From Alphaproteobacteria bacterium (lineage in GTDB: Bacteria > Pseudomonadota > Alphaproteobacteria > Micropepsales > Micropepsaceae): a stretch of 64,000 nt of DNA. The DNA is taken from assembly GCA_017308475.1 (NCBI GenBank), contig JAFKEU010000004.1, forward strand, positions 643,226 to 707,225, written 5' to 3'. Positions 24,983 through 34,195 of this stretch are shown here, in pieces (the first letter of the stretch is position 1; every line of letters begins with the position of its first letter). The notes below the pieces were generated by a model. That model did not search any database and was not told the DNA's origin. It saw only the letters and a program-made list of their open reading frames with translations. Made by a program: the position numbers and the translations under genes.

Positions 24983-27037
24983 ATGAGCAATCCCTTCTTC
25001 GAAGCCTGGACGACGCCTTTCGCCGCCCCGCCCCTGGACCGTATCAAGCCCGAACATTTCCGGCCCGCCTATGACCGCGCCCTGGCCGAACATGCCGCTG
25101 AGGTGGCGGCCATCGCCGCCGATCCTGCCCCGCCATCGTTCGACAATGTAATCGTGGCGCTGGAGACATCGGGCCGGCTCCTGACGCGTGTCGAGGGTGT
25201 ATTCCACAATCTGGCATCCAGCGCGACGAATCAGGCGTTGCAGGCCATCGAGCTGGAAATGGCCCCGCGCCTGGCCGCGCATTGGAGTGCCATCACGCTC
25301 AACGCTACCCTGTTCGCGCGCATAGACCGGCTGTATCAGCGCCGCGACGGTTTGGGACTGGACGCGGAATCCTTGCGAGTGCTGGAGCGCTACCATCTGG
25401 ATTTCGTGCGCGCCGGCGCCCAGCTGAAAGGGGAACGTCGCGACCGCTATGCCGTCATTGCCCAACGCATGGCGGCACTGGGCACGCAATTTTCCCAGAA
25501 TGTGCTGGGCGATGAAGAAGACTATGTTCTGGGCCTTAGTGACCGGCAGATGGGGGGCGTGCCCGGTTCGGTGCGCGATGCAGCGGCCGCACTGGCAAAG
25601 GAGCGCGGGATCGACGCCCCTTTTGCTGTCTCGCTTTCGCGGTCCAGCGTCGAGCCCATGCTGCAATTCGCAGACGACCGGGCGTTGCGCGAAACGCTGT
25701 TCCGCGCCTGGACCGCGCGCGGAACTGGCCAGGGCAATGGCGGCGGGCGCGACAATGGCGGCATCATTACCGAGATGCTGGCGCTGCGTGCCGAGCGCGC
25801 CGCCCTTCTTGGCTATGAGAATTTCGCCGCCTTCAAATTGGCGGATTCGATGGCGGGCACACCGGCCAGGGCACGCGCCCTGCTGGAAGATGTGTGGGAG
25901 CCGGCACGCGCCCGCGCGCTGGAAGAACGCGATGCGCTTCAGGACCTGATTGCGCAGGAAGGCGGGAATTTCCGCCTGGCGCCCTGGGACTGGCGTTACT
26001 ACGCTGAAAAGCTGCGGCGCGCGCGCTATGATTTCGACGAAGGCGCCGTCAAGCCCTATTTCGAACTGGGCAACATGATCGAGGCGGCCTTCTTCACCGC
26101 TTCACGGCTGTTCGGCCTTTCCTTCCGCGAGCGCAATGACATTCCCGTCCATCATCCCGATGTCAGGGTCTGGGAGGTAATGCGCGAGGGCAAGGCAATC
26201 GGCCTGTTCTATGGCGACTATTTCGCCCGTCCCGGCAAGCAGGGCGGCGCCTGGATGTCCAGCTTCCGCGACCAGGAACGGCTGACGGGCGCGCGCCCCG
26301 GCGAGGACGTCCTGCCCATCGTCATCAACAACTGCAACTTTCCAAAGTCCGATCAGTGCCTTCTGTCCTTCAACGAGGGCGAGACGCTGTTCCACGAATT
26401 CGGCCATGCGTTGCATGGGCTGCTCAGCCAAGCGCGCTTTCCGCGCCTTTCGGGGACAAATGTGGCGCGCGATTTCGTCGAATTGCCGTCGCAGCTTTAC
26501 GAACACTGGCTGGAACAGCCCGAGGTTCTTGGGCAATTTGCACGCCATCACCAGACTGGCGAGCCCATGCCACCCGCGCTGATGGACAAGCTGCTGAAAA
26601 CGCGCCATTACGGCCAGGGCTTCGCCACGGTGGAATTCCTTGCCTCCGCCATTATCGATATGGACTTCCACAGCCAACCGCTGCCAGCCGCTCCGCTGGC
26701 GGCGCAGGACGAGATCCTGCGGCGCATCGCCATGCCGGAGGAAATCGTGCCCCGCCACGGCGCCCCGCATTTCGGTCATGTCTTCGGCGGCGACGGCTAT
26801 GCGGCGGGCTATTATGCCTATCTCTGGTCGGAGGTGCTGGACGCCGACGGCTTCGGCGCCTTTGAAGAAGCGAAGGACCCCTTCGATCCGGCGACGGCGC
26901 AGCGGCTATGCCGCTTCATCTATTCGGCTGGCGGTACGCTCGACTATGCCGCCGCCTATCGCGCCTTCCGCGGTCGTGATCCGCATGTCGATGCCTTGCT
27001 GGAAGGACGTGGGCTGAAGGCCCCCGTGGCGGCCTAG
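24983..27037 (+). CDS. dcp: M3-family peptidyl-dipeptidase (Dcp-like zinc metallopeptidase)
   Basis: 684 aa with the HEFGH zinc motif (TLFHEFGHALHGLL) and a downstream Glu region (FVELPSQLYEHW). The overall layout is M3A. Confidence 0.9.
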   Translation: MSNPFFEAWTTPFAAPPLDRIKPEHFRPAYDRALAEHAAEVAAIAADPAPPSFDNVIVALETSGRLLTRVEGVFHNLASSATNQALQAIELEMAPRLAAHWSAITLNATLFARIDRLYQRRDGLGLDAESLRVLERYHLDFVRAGAQLKGERRDRYAVIAQRMAALGTQFSQNVLGDEEDYVLGLSDRQMGGVPGSVRDAAAALAKERGIDAPFAVSLSRSSVEPMLQFADDRALRETLFRAWTARGTGQGNGGGRDNGGIITEMLALRAERAALLGYENFAAFKLADSMAGTPARARALLEDVWEPARARALEERDALQDLIAQEGGNFRLAPWDWRYYAEKLRRARYDFDEGAVKPYFELGNMIEAAFFTASRLFGLSFRERNDIPVHHPDVRVWEVMREGKAIGLFYGDYFARPGKQGGAWMSSFRDQERLTGARPGEDVLPIVINNCNFPKSDQCLLSFNEGETLFHEFGHALHGLLSQARFPRLSGTNVARDFVELPSQLYEHWLEQPEVLGQFARHHQTGEPMPPALMDKLLKTRHYGQGFATVEFLASAIIDMDFHSQPLPAAPLAAQDEILRRIAMPEEIVPRHGAPHFGHVFGGDGYAAGYYAYLWSEVLDADGFGAFEEAKDPFDPATAQRLCRFIYSAGGTLDYAAAYRAFRGRDPHVDALLEGRGLKAPVAA

Positions 27038-27678
27038 CCGCCGACCCGGGTGTTGGAAGCCACCTGGCGGGTGGACCCCGTCGGCTGCAGGACCTTGTCG
27101 ATTACCTGAATTACGCCATTCTTGTCGTGAATGTCGTAAATGGCGATGTCGGCCACGTTGCCGTTCTCGTCCATCAGCATGATGTTGGTCGGACCGTTCA
27201 TCTTGGCAATCAGGGTACCGCCTTCGGCGGTTCTGAGACGCACGTCGCCGCCCTTCTCGTTGATCATGCGCAGCAGCGTCGCCGAGTCATAAGTGCCCGG
27301 CACGATCAGATAGCTCATGCGCCGCGCCAGTTCGGCGCTGCTCATCCGGCCGGCCTGGGCGAAGGCCGCATTGGTAGGCGCAAAGACCGTGAATTCGCCA
27401 TTGGCCTTCAGGGCCGAGACTATACCGGTCTCCTTCAGCGCTTGCGCCATTCTGGTATGCATGGGGGAGGCCGCCAGATTTTCGGCGATGTCGCGCTGCG
27501 GCAGCATGGCCTGGCCGTCGATCATGGGATTCATGATGCCGGTATCAAGCATGGCATCGGGCGCGGGGTCGGACCCCGAGACGGCGCCCACTGCCCCACC
27601 AATCATCATGGCGACACCTGCGGCAAATCCGGCTGTGGCTGCGCGTCTCATGGCAGAAACTTTCCCGCGGTTTGCCAC
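27034..27678 (-). CDS. Secreted fasciclin (FAS1) domain protein
   Basis: FAS1 motifs FTVFAPTNAAF and GVIQVIDKVL. N-terminal hydrophobic leader; the start may instead be the internal MRRAATAG. Confidence 0.85.
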   Translation of the reverse strand: MANRGKVSAMRRAATAGFAAGVAMMIGGAVGAVSGSDPAPDAMLDTGIMNPMIDGQAMLPQRDIAENLAASPMHTRMAQALKETGIVSALKANGEFTVFAPTNAAFAQAGRMSSAELARRMSYLIVPGTYDSATLLRMINEKGGDVRLRTAEGGTLIAKMNGPTNIMLMDENGNVADIAIYDIHDKNGVIQVIDKVLQPTGSTRQVASNTRVGG

Positions 27679-27715
27679 GAATCAACGTGGAGGCAGCGCA
27701 AATGTTCCCGCCCGG

Positions 27716-29578
27716 TCAGCCTTCCGTCTGTTCGGTATCGATCTGTTGCAGGCCGGCCAGTTCCAGTGCCTCGCGCTCCATTTCCAGCGCAAGCCAGCGT
27801 TCCTCGTCGGCGTCCTTGAGTTGTCGCAATTCTGCCAACTCTGTTGAGATGCTCGCAAAGCGCGCCGGTTCGCGGACATAAAGCGTGGAATCAGAAAGGC
27901 TTTCTTCCAGCGCCGCGATCTTCGCCTCGGCCGCCGCGATTTTCTCCGGCAGCACTTTCAGGGCGTGTGCGTCGGCGAAGTTCATCTTGGAACCGCCGCT
28001 CCGGGGCCGCTTTTCCACTGTTTTCTTTGGTTTGGAAGACCGGGGCGCCTCTGTCCCGGCGGGGTGATCTGCCGCCCTGGGCGACCGCTGCGCCATCATG
28101 TCGGAATAGCCGCCGGCATATTCCGTGAAGCGCCCATCGCCTTCAGCCAACACGATGGCCGTGGCGACACGGTCCAGGAAGTCGCGGTCATGGCTGACCA
28201 GCAGCGCTGTGCCCGGATAGTCGGCGATCACTTCTTCCAGAAGATCCAGCGTCTCCAGGTCAAGGTCGTTGGTCGGCTCGTCCAGCACCAGGAAGTTCGA
28301 GGGGGTGGCGAACAGCTTGGCCAGCAGCAGGCGCGCTCGCTCGCCGCCGGACAGCACCTTGACAGGGGTGCGCGCCTGCTGCGGCGTGAACAGGAAGTCC
28401 TGCAGGTAATTCATCACATGGCGCGGCTTGCCGGCGACCATCACCGTGTCACCGGCGGCACCCTCCACCCCGTCCGTGACGGCGGCCATCAGGCTTTGCT
28501 CAGGATGAAGGCGCGAGCGGTTCTGATCCAGTTCGGCCATCAACAGGCCCTGGCCCAGCTTCACATTGCCGGCCTTCGGTTTCAGCTTGCCGGTTAGCAG
28601 CTTGAGCAGAGTGGTCTTGCCGGCCCCATTGGGCCCGACAATGGCAATGCGGTCACCGCGATGGATGCGCAAGGTCGCATCGCGCACGATGGGCCGCTCT
28701 TCGTCATAGGAAAAGCCGACGCCCTTGGCGTCGATCACCTTGGTGCCGCTGCCGGCGCCTTCCGCCGCTTCCATCCGCACATTGCCCAGCGCGCGCACCT
28801 GTTCGCGCCGCTCCGTGCGCAGGCCCCTCAGCCGTTCCAGCCGCCCGACATTGCGCTTGCGCCGCGCCGACACGCCATAGCGCAGCCAGTGTTCTTCGGC
28901 TGCTATCTGGCGCTCCAGCTTGTGACGCTCTACCTCCTCCTGTTCCAGCATGGCATCGCGCCAGGCTTCAAAGGCGCCGAAGCCCTTTTCAAGCCGGTGG
29001 GTGCGGCCACGGTCCAGCCACACCGTGACGCGCGACAGGCCTTCCAGGAAGCGGCGGTCATGACTGATCAGGACCAGCGCGCTTTTCATCCCCTTGAGTT
29101 CGCCTTCCAGCCATTCGATGGCATGGATATCGAGATGGTTGGTGGGCTCGTCCAGCAGCAATATGTCGGGCTTTGGTGCCAGGCAGCGCGCCAATGCCGC
29201 GCGCCGCGCCTCGCCACCCGACAGGGTGGCGGGATTTTCCAGACCCGTCAGCCCCAGATGGCCCAGAAGGTAGAAGGCGCGATTGGGATCTTCATGGGGG
29301 TTCAGCCCCGCCTCGACATAATCGCGGGTGGTGGCGAAGCCTGAAAGATCGGGTTCCTGCGGCAGATAGCGAACGGCAACACCAGGCTGAATAAAGCGGG
29401 TGCCGCCGTCCGGCTCCGCCAGCCCGGCCGCAATCTTCAGAAGGGTCGATTTGCCCGAACCGTTTCGGCCCACCAAGCAGATCCGGTCACCGGGCCCGAC
29501 ATTCAGTTCGGCACCGTCCAACAGGCGGGAGCCGCCGAAAGCGACGGTGATGTCTTTGAGGTGCAGAACAGGCGCCAT
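27716..29578 (-). CDS. ABC-F family ATPase (Uup-like, two ABC domains plus C-terminal coiled coil)
   Basis: Two Walker A sites (GRNGSGKST, GPNGAGKTT) and two signature motifs (LSGGE). No TM domain. Charged helical tail. Confidence 0.9.
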   Translation of the reverse strand: MAPVLHLKDITVAFGGSRLLDGAELNVGPGDRICLVGRNGSGKSTLLKIAAGLAEPDGGTRFIQPGVAVRYLPQEPDLSGFATTRDYVEAGLNPHEDPNRAFYLLGHLGLTGLENPATLSGGEARRAALARCLAPKPDILLLDEPTNHLDIHAIEWLEGELKGMKSALVLISHDRRFLEGLSRVTVWLDRGRTHRLEKGFGAFEAWRDAMLEQEEVERHKLERQIAAEEHWLRYGVSARRKRNVGRLERLRGLRTERREQVRALGNVRMEAAEGAGSGTKVIDAKGVGFSYDEERPIVRDATLRIHRGDRIAIVGPNGAGKTTLLKLLTGKLKPKAGNVKLGQGLLMAELDQNRSRLHPEQSLMAAVTDGVEGAAGDTVMVAGKPRHVMNYLQDFLFTPQQARTPVKVLSGGERARLLLAKLFATPSNFLVLDEPTNDLDLETLDLLEEVIADYPGTALLVSHDRDFLDRVATAIVLAEGDGRFTEYAGGYSDMMAQRSPRAADHPAGTEAPRSSKPKKTVEKRPRSGGSKMNFADAHALKVLPEKIAAAEAKIAALEESLSDSTLYVREPARFASISTELAELRQLKDADEERWLALEMEREALELAGLQQIDTEQTEG

Positions 29579-29621
29579 GGCGGGGCTTATGCCGTCGCCA
29601 TCGCGCCGGGATCAAGCCTCT

Positions 29622-30767
29622 TTATCGCGGACCGCCCGGCACCGCGATGGCGCCCGGCCGGCTGGCGAAGGTCAGGCGCAGCCCCGGCTGTTCCACCGCC
29701 GTTTTTCCGTCGAAATCATAGGTGCGGATGTCGCGTTCCACCGAGCACTGCACAAGAATGCGCTTGCCGTCCGCGCTCCACACCGCGCCCTGGCAGGCAT
29801 GGCCCAGCTGGACGTCGGTTACATGCTCCAACTTGCCCCTGACGGGGCGGAAAATCACCAGCTTGCCGAAGACCTCGTTAAAGTTCTTGGCCTTGAGTAC
29901 CGTGGCCGAGCCATTGCCGACCACGATGGCGACATATTTGTCGCCCGGCGACAGGTTCACGGATTCGGGCAGCGCGCCCACTTCCTGCACATCAGTGACC
30001 TTGCCGCTGCGGGTATCCAGCATGGCGGTCGCGCCCTTGTCGGTCATTCCCGGCACACCGCCGAACACATTGACGATCAGGTACCGGCCGTCCGCGGTGA
30101 TCGAGCCGCCGTCCGGCTGGGTACCCACCGCGAAGTCCGCCACGCGCGACAGGCCGTCGGCCTTGACCGCCAGCTTCGTCACCTTGCCATCGCCGAAGCG
30201 CAGCGCCCAGGCGGTCTTGCCGTCCGGTGCGAACATCACGTCGCGCGGCTCCGCCTTGGCCTCCAGCTTCACCTGTGCAACCTGGGTCAGCTTGCGGTCC
30301 TTGATGGCGTAAAGCGTGATTGTGTCGTCGCCGACGCCTGTCACCAGCGCCATCGTGCCCGCCCGGTTGATCGCCACCGCCGTCGCGCCCTGGCCGGCCT
30401 GAACGGTCTGCAGCAGCCTGGGATGGGTGGGATCGTCAAGGCCGATCACATTGACCTCGTTGTCGGGCACATTCTTGCCTTCCGGCCCGATTTTCTGGGG
30501 GCAGGCCGCCAGCGCGAAGCCGGCATCGGACGCCACCGCGATCGCCACGGGCGGGCCCAACAGGGTACCGCAGGCACCGATCTCGCCAATCACCGCCGGC
30601 TTGGACATGCTGGAAAAGGAGATGATGGAGACGCTGTCGGGCGTGGGGGTCATGGGCAGCCCGTCGCCCGCCCGCACCTGCTTGCCGTCATTGCCGGAGA
30701 CCGCCAGGTCGGCAAATGCCGCTGCCGGAAGAAGTACCAGGGCCGTGGCCAAAAGAATCGCGCGCAT
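29622..30767 (-). CDS. Secreted beta-propeller protein (YncE / 7-bladed lactonase-like fold)
   Basis: Signal peptide MRAILLATALVLLPAAAFA. Repeated about 40-aa blades contain D/SPDG-like turns (FAPDGKTAW, ITADGRYLIV, LSPGDKYVA, WSADGKRILV). Confidence 0.7.
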   Translation of the reverse strand: MRAILLATALVLLPAAAFADLAVSGNDGKQVRAGDGLPMTPTPDSVSIISFSSMSKPAVIGEIGACGTLLGPPVAIAVASDAGFALAACPQKIGPEGKNVPDNEVNVIGLDDPTHPRLLQTVQAGQGATAVAINRAGTMALVTGVGDDTITLYAIKDRKLTQVAQVKLEAKAEPRDVMFAPDGKTAWALRFGDGKVTKLAVKADGLSRVADFAVGTQPDGGSITADGRYLIVNVFGGVPGMTDKGATAMLDTRSGKVTDVQEVGALPESVNLSPGDKYVAIVVGNGSATVLKAKNFNEVFGKLVIFRPVRGKLEHVTDVQLGHACQGAVWSADGKRILVQCSVERDIRTYDFDGKTAVEQPGLRLTFASRPGAIAVPGGPR

Positions 30768-30829
30768 GAATGGAATCTCCCCTCGACTTATTGTTTATGG
30801 GACGAACCTAACCTTTCCGCCCCCCAAGG

Positions 30830-30856
30830 AAAAAGGGCGGGATTTGCGCCCCGCCC
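30830..30856 (-). terminator. Intrinsic terminator downstream of the aldehyde dehydrogenase gene
   Basis: The minus strand reads GGGCGGG-GCGCAAAT-CCCGCCC-TTTTTCC, a perfect 7-bp GC stem plus a U-tract. It lies 28 nt after the stop at 30884. Confidence 0.6.
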
Positions 30857-30883
30857 ATTTCCGAACCGCATGTGGCCGTTCCC

Positions 30884-32323
30884 TTACGACCAGGAATAGG
30901 CGGTCTTGGTCTGGGTGTAGAACTCCACCGCGGCGAAGCCCTGCTCGCGCGGGCCGTAGGAAGAGCCGCGCGAGCCGCCGAACGGCACGTGATAATCCAC
31001 GCCCGCGGTCGGCAGGTTGATCATCACCATGCCCGCCTTGACGTTGCGCTGATAGTGGCGCGCATGCTTGAGGCTGGAGGTGACGATGCCGGCGGAGAGG
31101 CCGAAATTGATGCTGTTGGACAGCTCCAGGCCCTCATCATAGTTCTTGATCTTCACCACAGAGACGACCGGGCCGAACACTTCCTCGTTGTTGATGCGGT
31201 CGCCCGGCTTGGTGTCTACGATCAGGGCCGGACTCATGAAGAAACCGGGGTTCTCCGTGTTGAGGCGCGCGCCGCCGGTCAGAAGCCTGCCGCCTTCCTT
31301 CACGGCGATGTCGACGTAATCCAGGTCGCCCTTGAGCTGGCTCTCGGTCACCACCGGGCCCATCTGGGTTGAGGGATCGCAGGCATCGCCGACCTTCAGC
31401 GCGGCGGCCCGTTCGGCCAGCGCCTTCACGAAACGGTCATAGATGCCTTCCTGCACGAAGACGCGGCTGGAGGCCGTGCAGCGCTGGCCGGTGGCGAAAT
31501 AGCCGCCATCGAGCGCAATCTGCACGGCGCGGTCGAAATCTGCGTCGTCCAGGATCACCAGCGGGTTCTTGCCGCCCATTTCCAGCTGCACGCGAGCCTG
31601 GCGGGCCACCGCGTTCATCGCCACCTTGGCGCCCACACCCTGGCTGCCGGTGAAGGAGATGGCGTTGACGTCGGGATGCTTGGTGATGGCATCGCCCACG
31701 CCGCCCCTGCCCAGCACCAGGTTGAACACGCCGGCCGGCGCGCCCGCCTCATGGATGATCGAGGCCAGCGCATGGGCGGTGGCAGGTGTGGGGTTGGCGG
31801 GCTTGAGGACCACGGTGTTGCCGAAGGCCAGCGCAGGCGCGCTCTTCCAGGCGGGAATGGCGATGGGGAAGTTCCAGGGCGCGATCACGCCATAGACGCC
31901 GACCGCCTCGCGGTAGGTCTGGATTTCGACGCCCGGGCGCACCGAGTCCAGGTTCTGGCCATGGCGGCGCAGCGCCTCGCCGGCGAAATATTTGAAGATG
32001 CGGCCGGCGCGCACCGTCTCGCCGATGGCTTCGGGAAGGGTCTTGCCTTCCTCGCGGGCGAGCAGGCGGCCAAGGGCTTCCTTGCGATCGATGATCATGG
32101 TGCCAACCTTGTCCAGAAGGTCGGCGCGCACCTCAGGGGTCTGCCCGGCCCAGCCCGGGAACGCGGCGCGGGCTGCCTCAACTGCCTTGTTCACGTCCTC
32201 CGCCGAGCCGTCGGGGAACTTGGCGATGATTTCATTGGTGTTGGAGGGATTGAGGCTTTCCAGCGGGCCGCCGGCATTAACCTGCTTGCCGCCGATGAAA
32301 TGGGTCAGGGTCTCGGTCATCAA
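30884..32323 (-). CDS. NAD(P)+ aldehyde dehydrogenase, alpha-ketoglutarate semialdehyde (2,5-dioxovalerate) dehydrogenase-like
   Basis: ALDH motifs are present (VIAPWNFP, catalytic-Glu region LEMGGKNP, catalytic-Cys region GQRCTASSR). The N-terminus THFIGGKQV..ESLNPSNTNEIIAKFP resembles KGSADH of Weimberg-type pathways. The family call is firm; the substrate is an inference. Confidence 0.85.
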   Translation of the reverse strand: MMTETLTHFIGGKQVNAGGPLESLNPSNTNEIIAKFPDGSAEDVNKAVEAARAAFPGWAGQTPEVRADLLDKVGTMIIDRKEALGRLLAREEGKTLPEAIGETVRAGRIFKYFAGEALRRHGQNLDSVRPGVEIQTYREAVGVYGVIAPWNFPIAIPAWKSAPALAFGNTVVLKPANPTPATAHALASIIHEAGAPAGVFNLVLGRGGVGDAITKHPDVNAISFTGSQGVGAKVAMNAVARQARVQLEMGGKNPLVILDDADFDRAVQIALDGGYFATGQRCTASSRVFVQEGIYDRFVKALAERAAALKVGDACDPSTQMGPVVTESQLKGDLDYVDIAVKEGGRLLTGGARLNTENPGFFMSPALIVDTKPGDRINNEEVFGPVVSVVKIKNYDEGLELSNSINFGLSAGIVTSSLKHARHYQRNVKAGMVMINLPTAGVDYHVPFGGSRGSSYGPREQGFAAVEFYTQTKTAYSWS

Positions 32324-32899
32324 ATCTCTCCGGGATGGGTGCGAGGGTATTTAAGGGGTTGAGCGGCCCAATCCAACCCTGTTGACGCATCGCAGCGGTG
32401 CCAGGGTGACATGCCTTGCCAAAAGATTACCCCTCGCCCCCGGATGGCCCGGGCGGCACGAATAGCGCCGCCAGCCTTGCCCTGGACCGCGCCTGTTCCG
32501 CCGCCAGCCACTGCGCCGCCGCGGCGGCCTGTCCGCACGCGCCGATCAGACGCTCGAGGCGGGCGAAACGCAGCCGGTCGGCGGCCGTTTTGGGGCGAAA
32601 TTTCCTCACCCCTCCCCCTTGTCCAGCAGGGGCCTGTCCACCGGGCGTCTGGCCACCAAGCGTCTGGCCACGCGGGCGCGCGGGCGCCGGAGAATTGTGA
32701 GGATTGCCGATGGGGACCGCTTTTCCATGCCGCCATTCTAGCCAGCCTGGACACCGTGTGGATTGGCGCACGCGGCGGACTGGCCCCGATGTGCCGGACG
32801 ACAATGGCGAAAATAAAGTCTGCCGGGAGGTGGACAAGGGCACGAACGGGCGGCCGCCCTGTTCATGCCCCCAAGGATCGCCCACCAGCAATCTCGCGC

Positions 32900-32996
32900 G
32901 TCATGGCCCACTTTACGTGGGCCATCCAGGGCAACCGCAGGATTTTCGAAATGCGTGCCACTTGCCCTGGATGGCCCGGTCAAGCCGGGCCATGAC
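32900..32996. repeat. REP/MITE-like palindromic element: inverted pair of 35-nt hairpin units
   Basis: Left unit GTCATGGCCCACTTTACGTGGGCCATCCAGGGCAA (32900-32934). The right unit (32962-32996) has reverse complement GTCATGGCCCGGCTTGACCGGGCCATCCAGGGCAA. The outer 10 and inner 16 nt are identical, each centre forms its own hairpin, and the spacer is 27 nt. Confidence 0.6.
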
Positions 32997-33035
32997 AATT
33001 CGTTATTTTGATTATCGGCAATCGCGCGCAGACCC

Positions 33036-34184
33036 TCAGATCAGCCCGCGCCGGACCAGATTCTTCATCAGGTCGGCGATGCCGAAATTCCACGGGGGCG
33101 CGGCCTTTGATGTGGTGACCCGGTTCTCCAGCACCCCAAGTTTGGGGGTGGAGATGCGCACCACGTCCCCCTCCTTGTGGGTGAAGCCCATGCCGGGATT
33201 GTCGCGGTCCTGGGTCGGGGCGAACAGCGTGCCCAGGAACAGCACGAACCCGTCGGGGTACTGATGCTCCTTGATGGTCTGGCCGACAAGATCGAGCGGA
33301 TCGCGGCTGATCTCGCTCATCCTGCTGCGCCCTTCCAGGCGGTAATTGTCGGCGCCGACGATCTCCAGCTCCACCACCGCGGCGCGCACATCGTCCATGG
33401 TGAACTTGTCGTCGAACAGCCGAATGAAGGGACCGATGGCGGTGGAGGCGTTGTTGTCCTTGGCCTCGCCCAGCAAAAGCGCGCTGCGCCCTTCATAGTC
33501 GCGCAGGTTCACGTCATTGCCCAGCGTGGCGCCCAGGGTGCGGCCCTTGCGGTCCACCACCACCACCACTTCCGGCTCGGGATTGTTCCAGGTCGAGGTC
33601 GAGCGCACGCCGATCATGTCGCCCCAGCCCACGGCGGAGAGCGGGGGCGCCTTGGTAAAGACTTCCGCGTCGGGGCCGATGGCCACTTCCAGATATTGCG
33701 ACCACATGCCGTCTGCGATCAGCGTCTCCTTCAGCCTGGCAGCCTCCGGCGAGCCTGGCACCACCGACTTGATGTCGGTACCGATCTTGGCGGCCAGTTC
33801 CTGGCGGATCGACTGGGCGCGGCCGGGCACGCCCTTGGCGCGTTCCTCGATCACCCGCTCGATCGCCGAGACGGCAAAGGTCACGCCGCACGCCTTGATG
33901 CATTGCAGGTCCACCGGCGCCAGCAGCTTGACCTTCGCCTTGCCGTCCCAGGCCCTGGTCAGGCCCAGATCGTTGATGTCGCCCAGCGGGCGGCCTTCGG
34001 GCAGCGTGCCGTCCCACGTCTCCAGCAGCAGCGAGACCGTCGGCGCGGCGGCGCTGACGTCGAAGACCTGGCCGTGCCTGACCAGGACGGGGACGGGGCC
34101 TTCGCCCAGATCCATGCGGCCGACAAGGATGGCGTCACGCCAATCCGCCGGCAGGGGAAAGGGTGAAGAAGCAGGCATGGTCAT
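33036..34184 (-). CDS. Fumarylacetoacetate hydrolase (FAH) family protein, XylX-like 2-keto-3-deoxy-aldonate dehydratase/hydrolase
   Basis: 382 aa starting at MTMPASS (ATG at 34184). The FAH C-terminal fold ends in GDVVRISTPKLGVLENRV. The long N-terminal extension matches the XylX-type class. The 859-aa ORF in the track is an artefactual upstream extension. Confidence 0.8.
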   Translation of the reverse strand: MTMPASSPFPLPADWRDAILVGRMDLGEGPVPVLVRHGQVFDVSAAAPTVSLLLETWDGTLPEGRPLGDINDLGLTRAWDGKAKVKLLAPVDLQCIKACGVTFAVSAIERVIEERAKGVPGRAQSIRQELAAKIGTDIKSVVPGSPEAARLKETLIADGMWSQYLEVAIGPDAEVFTKAPPLSAVGWGDMIGVRSTSTWNNPEPEVVVVVDRKGRTLGATLGNDVNLRDYEGRSALLLGEAKDNNASTAIGPFIRLFDDKFTMDDVRAAVVELEIVGADNYRLEGRSRMSEISRDPLDLVGQTIKEHQYPDGFVLFLGTLFAPTQDRDNPGMGFTHKEGDVVRISTPKLGVLENRVTTSKAAPPWNFGIADLMKNLVRRGLI

Positions 34185-34195
34185 GGATATATCTC

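Noticed and set aside
32427-32609. 60-aa GC3-rich minus-strand ORF (VRKFRPKTAADRLRFARLERL...) upstream of the aldehyde dehydrogenase.
   Set aside because: The SD-like GGAGGG abuts the GTG with essentially no spacing, and I recognise no family. It is kept only as a remark in the gap finding, not as a feature.
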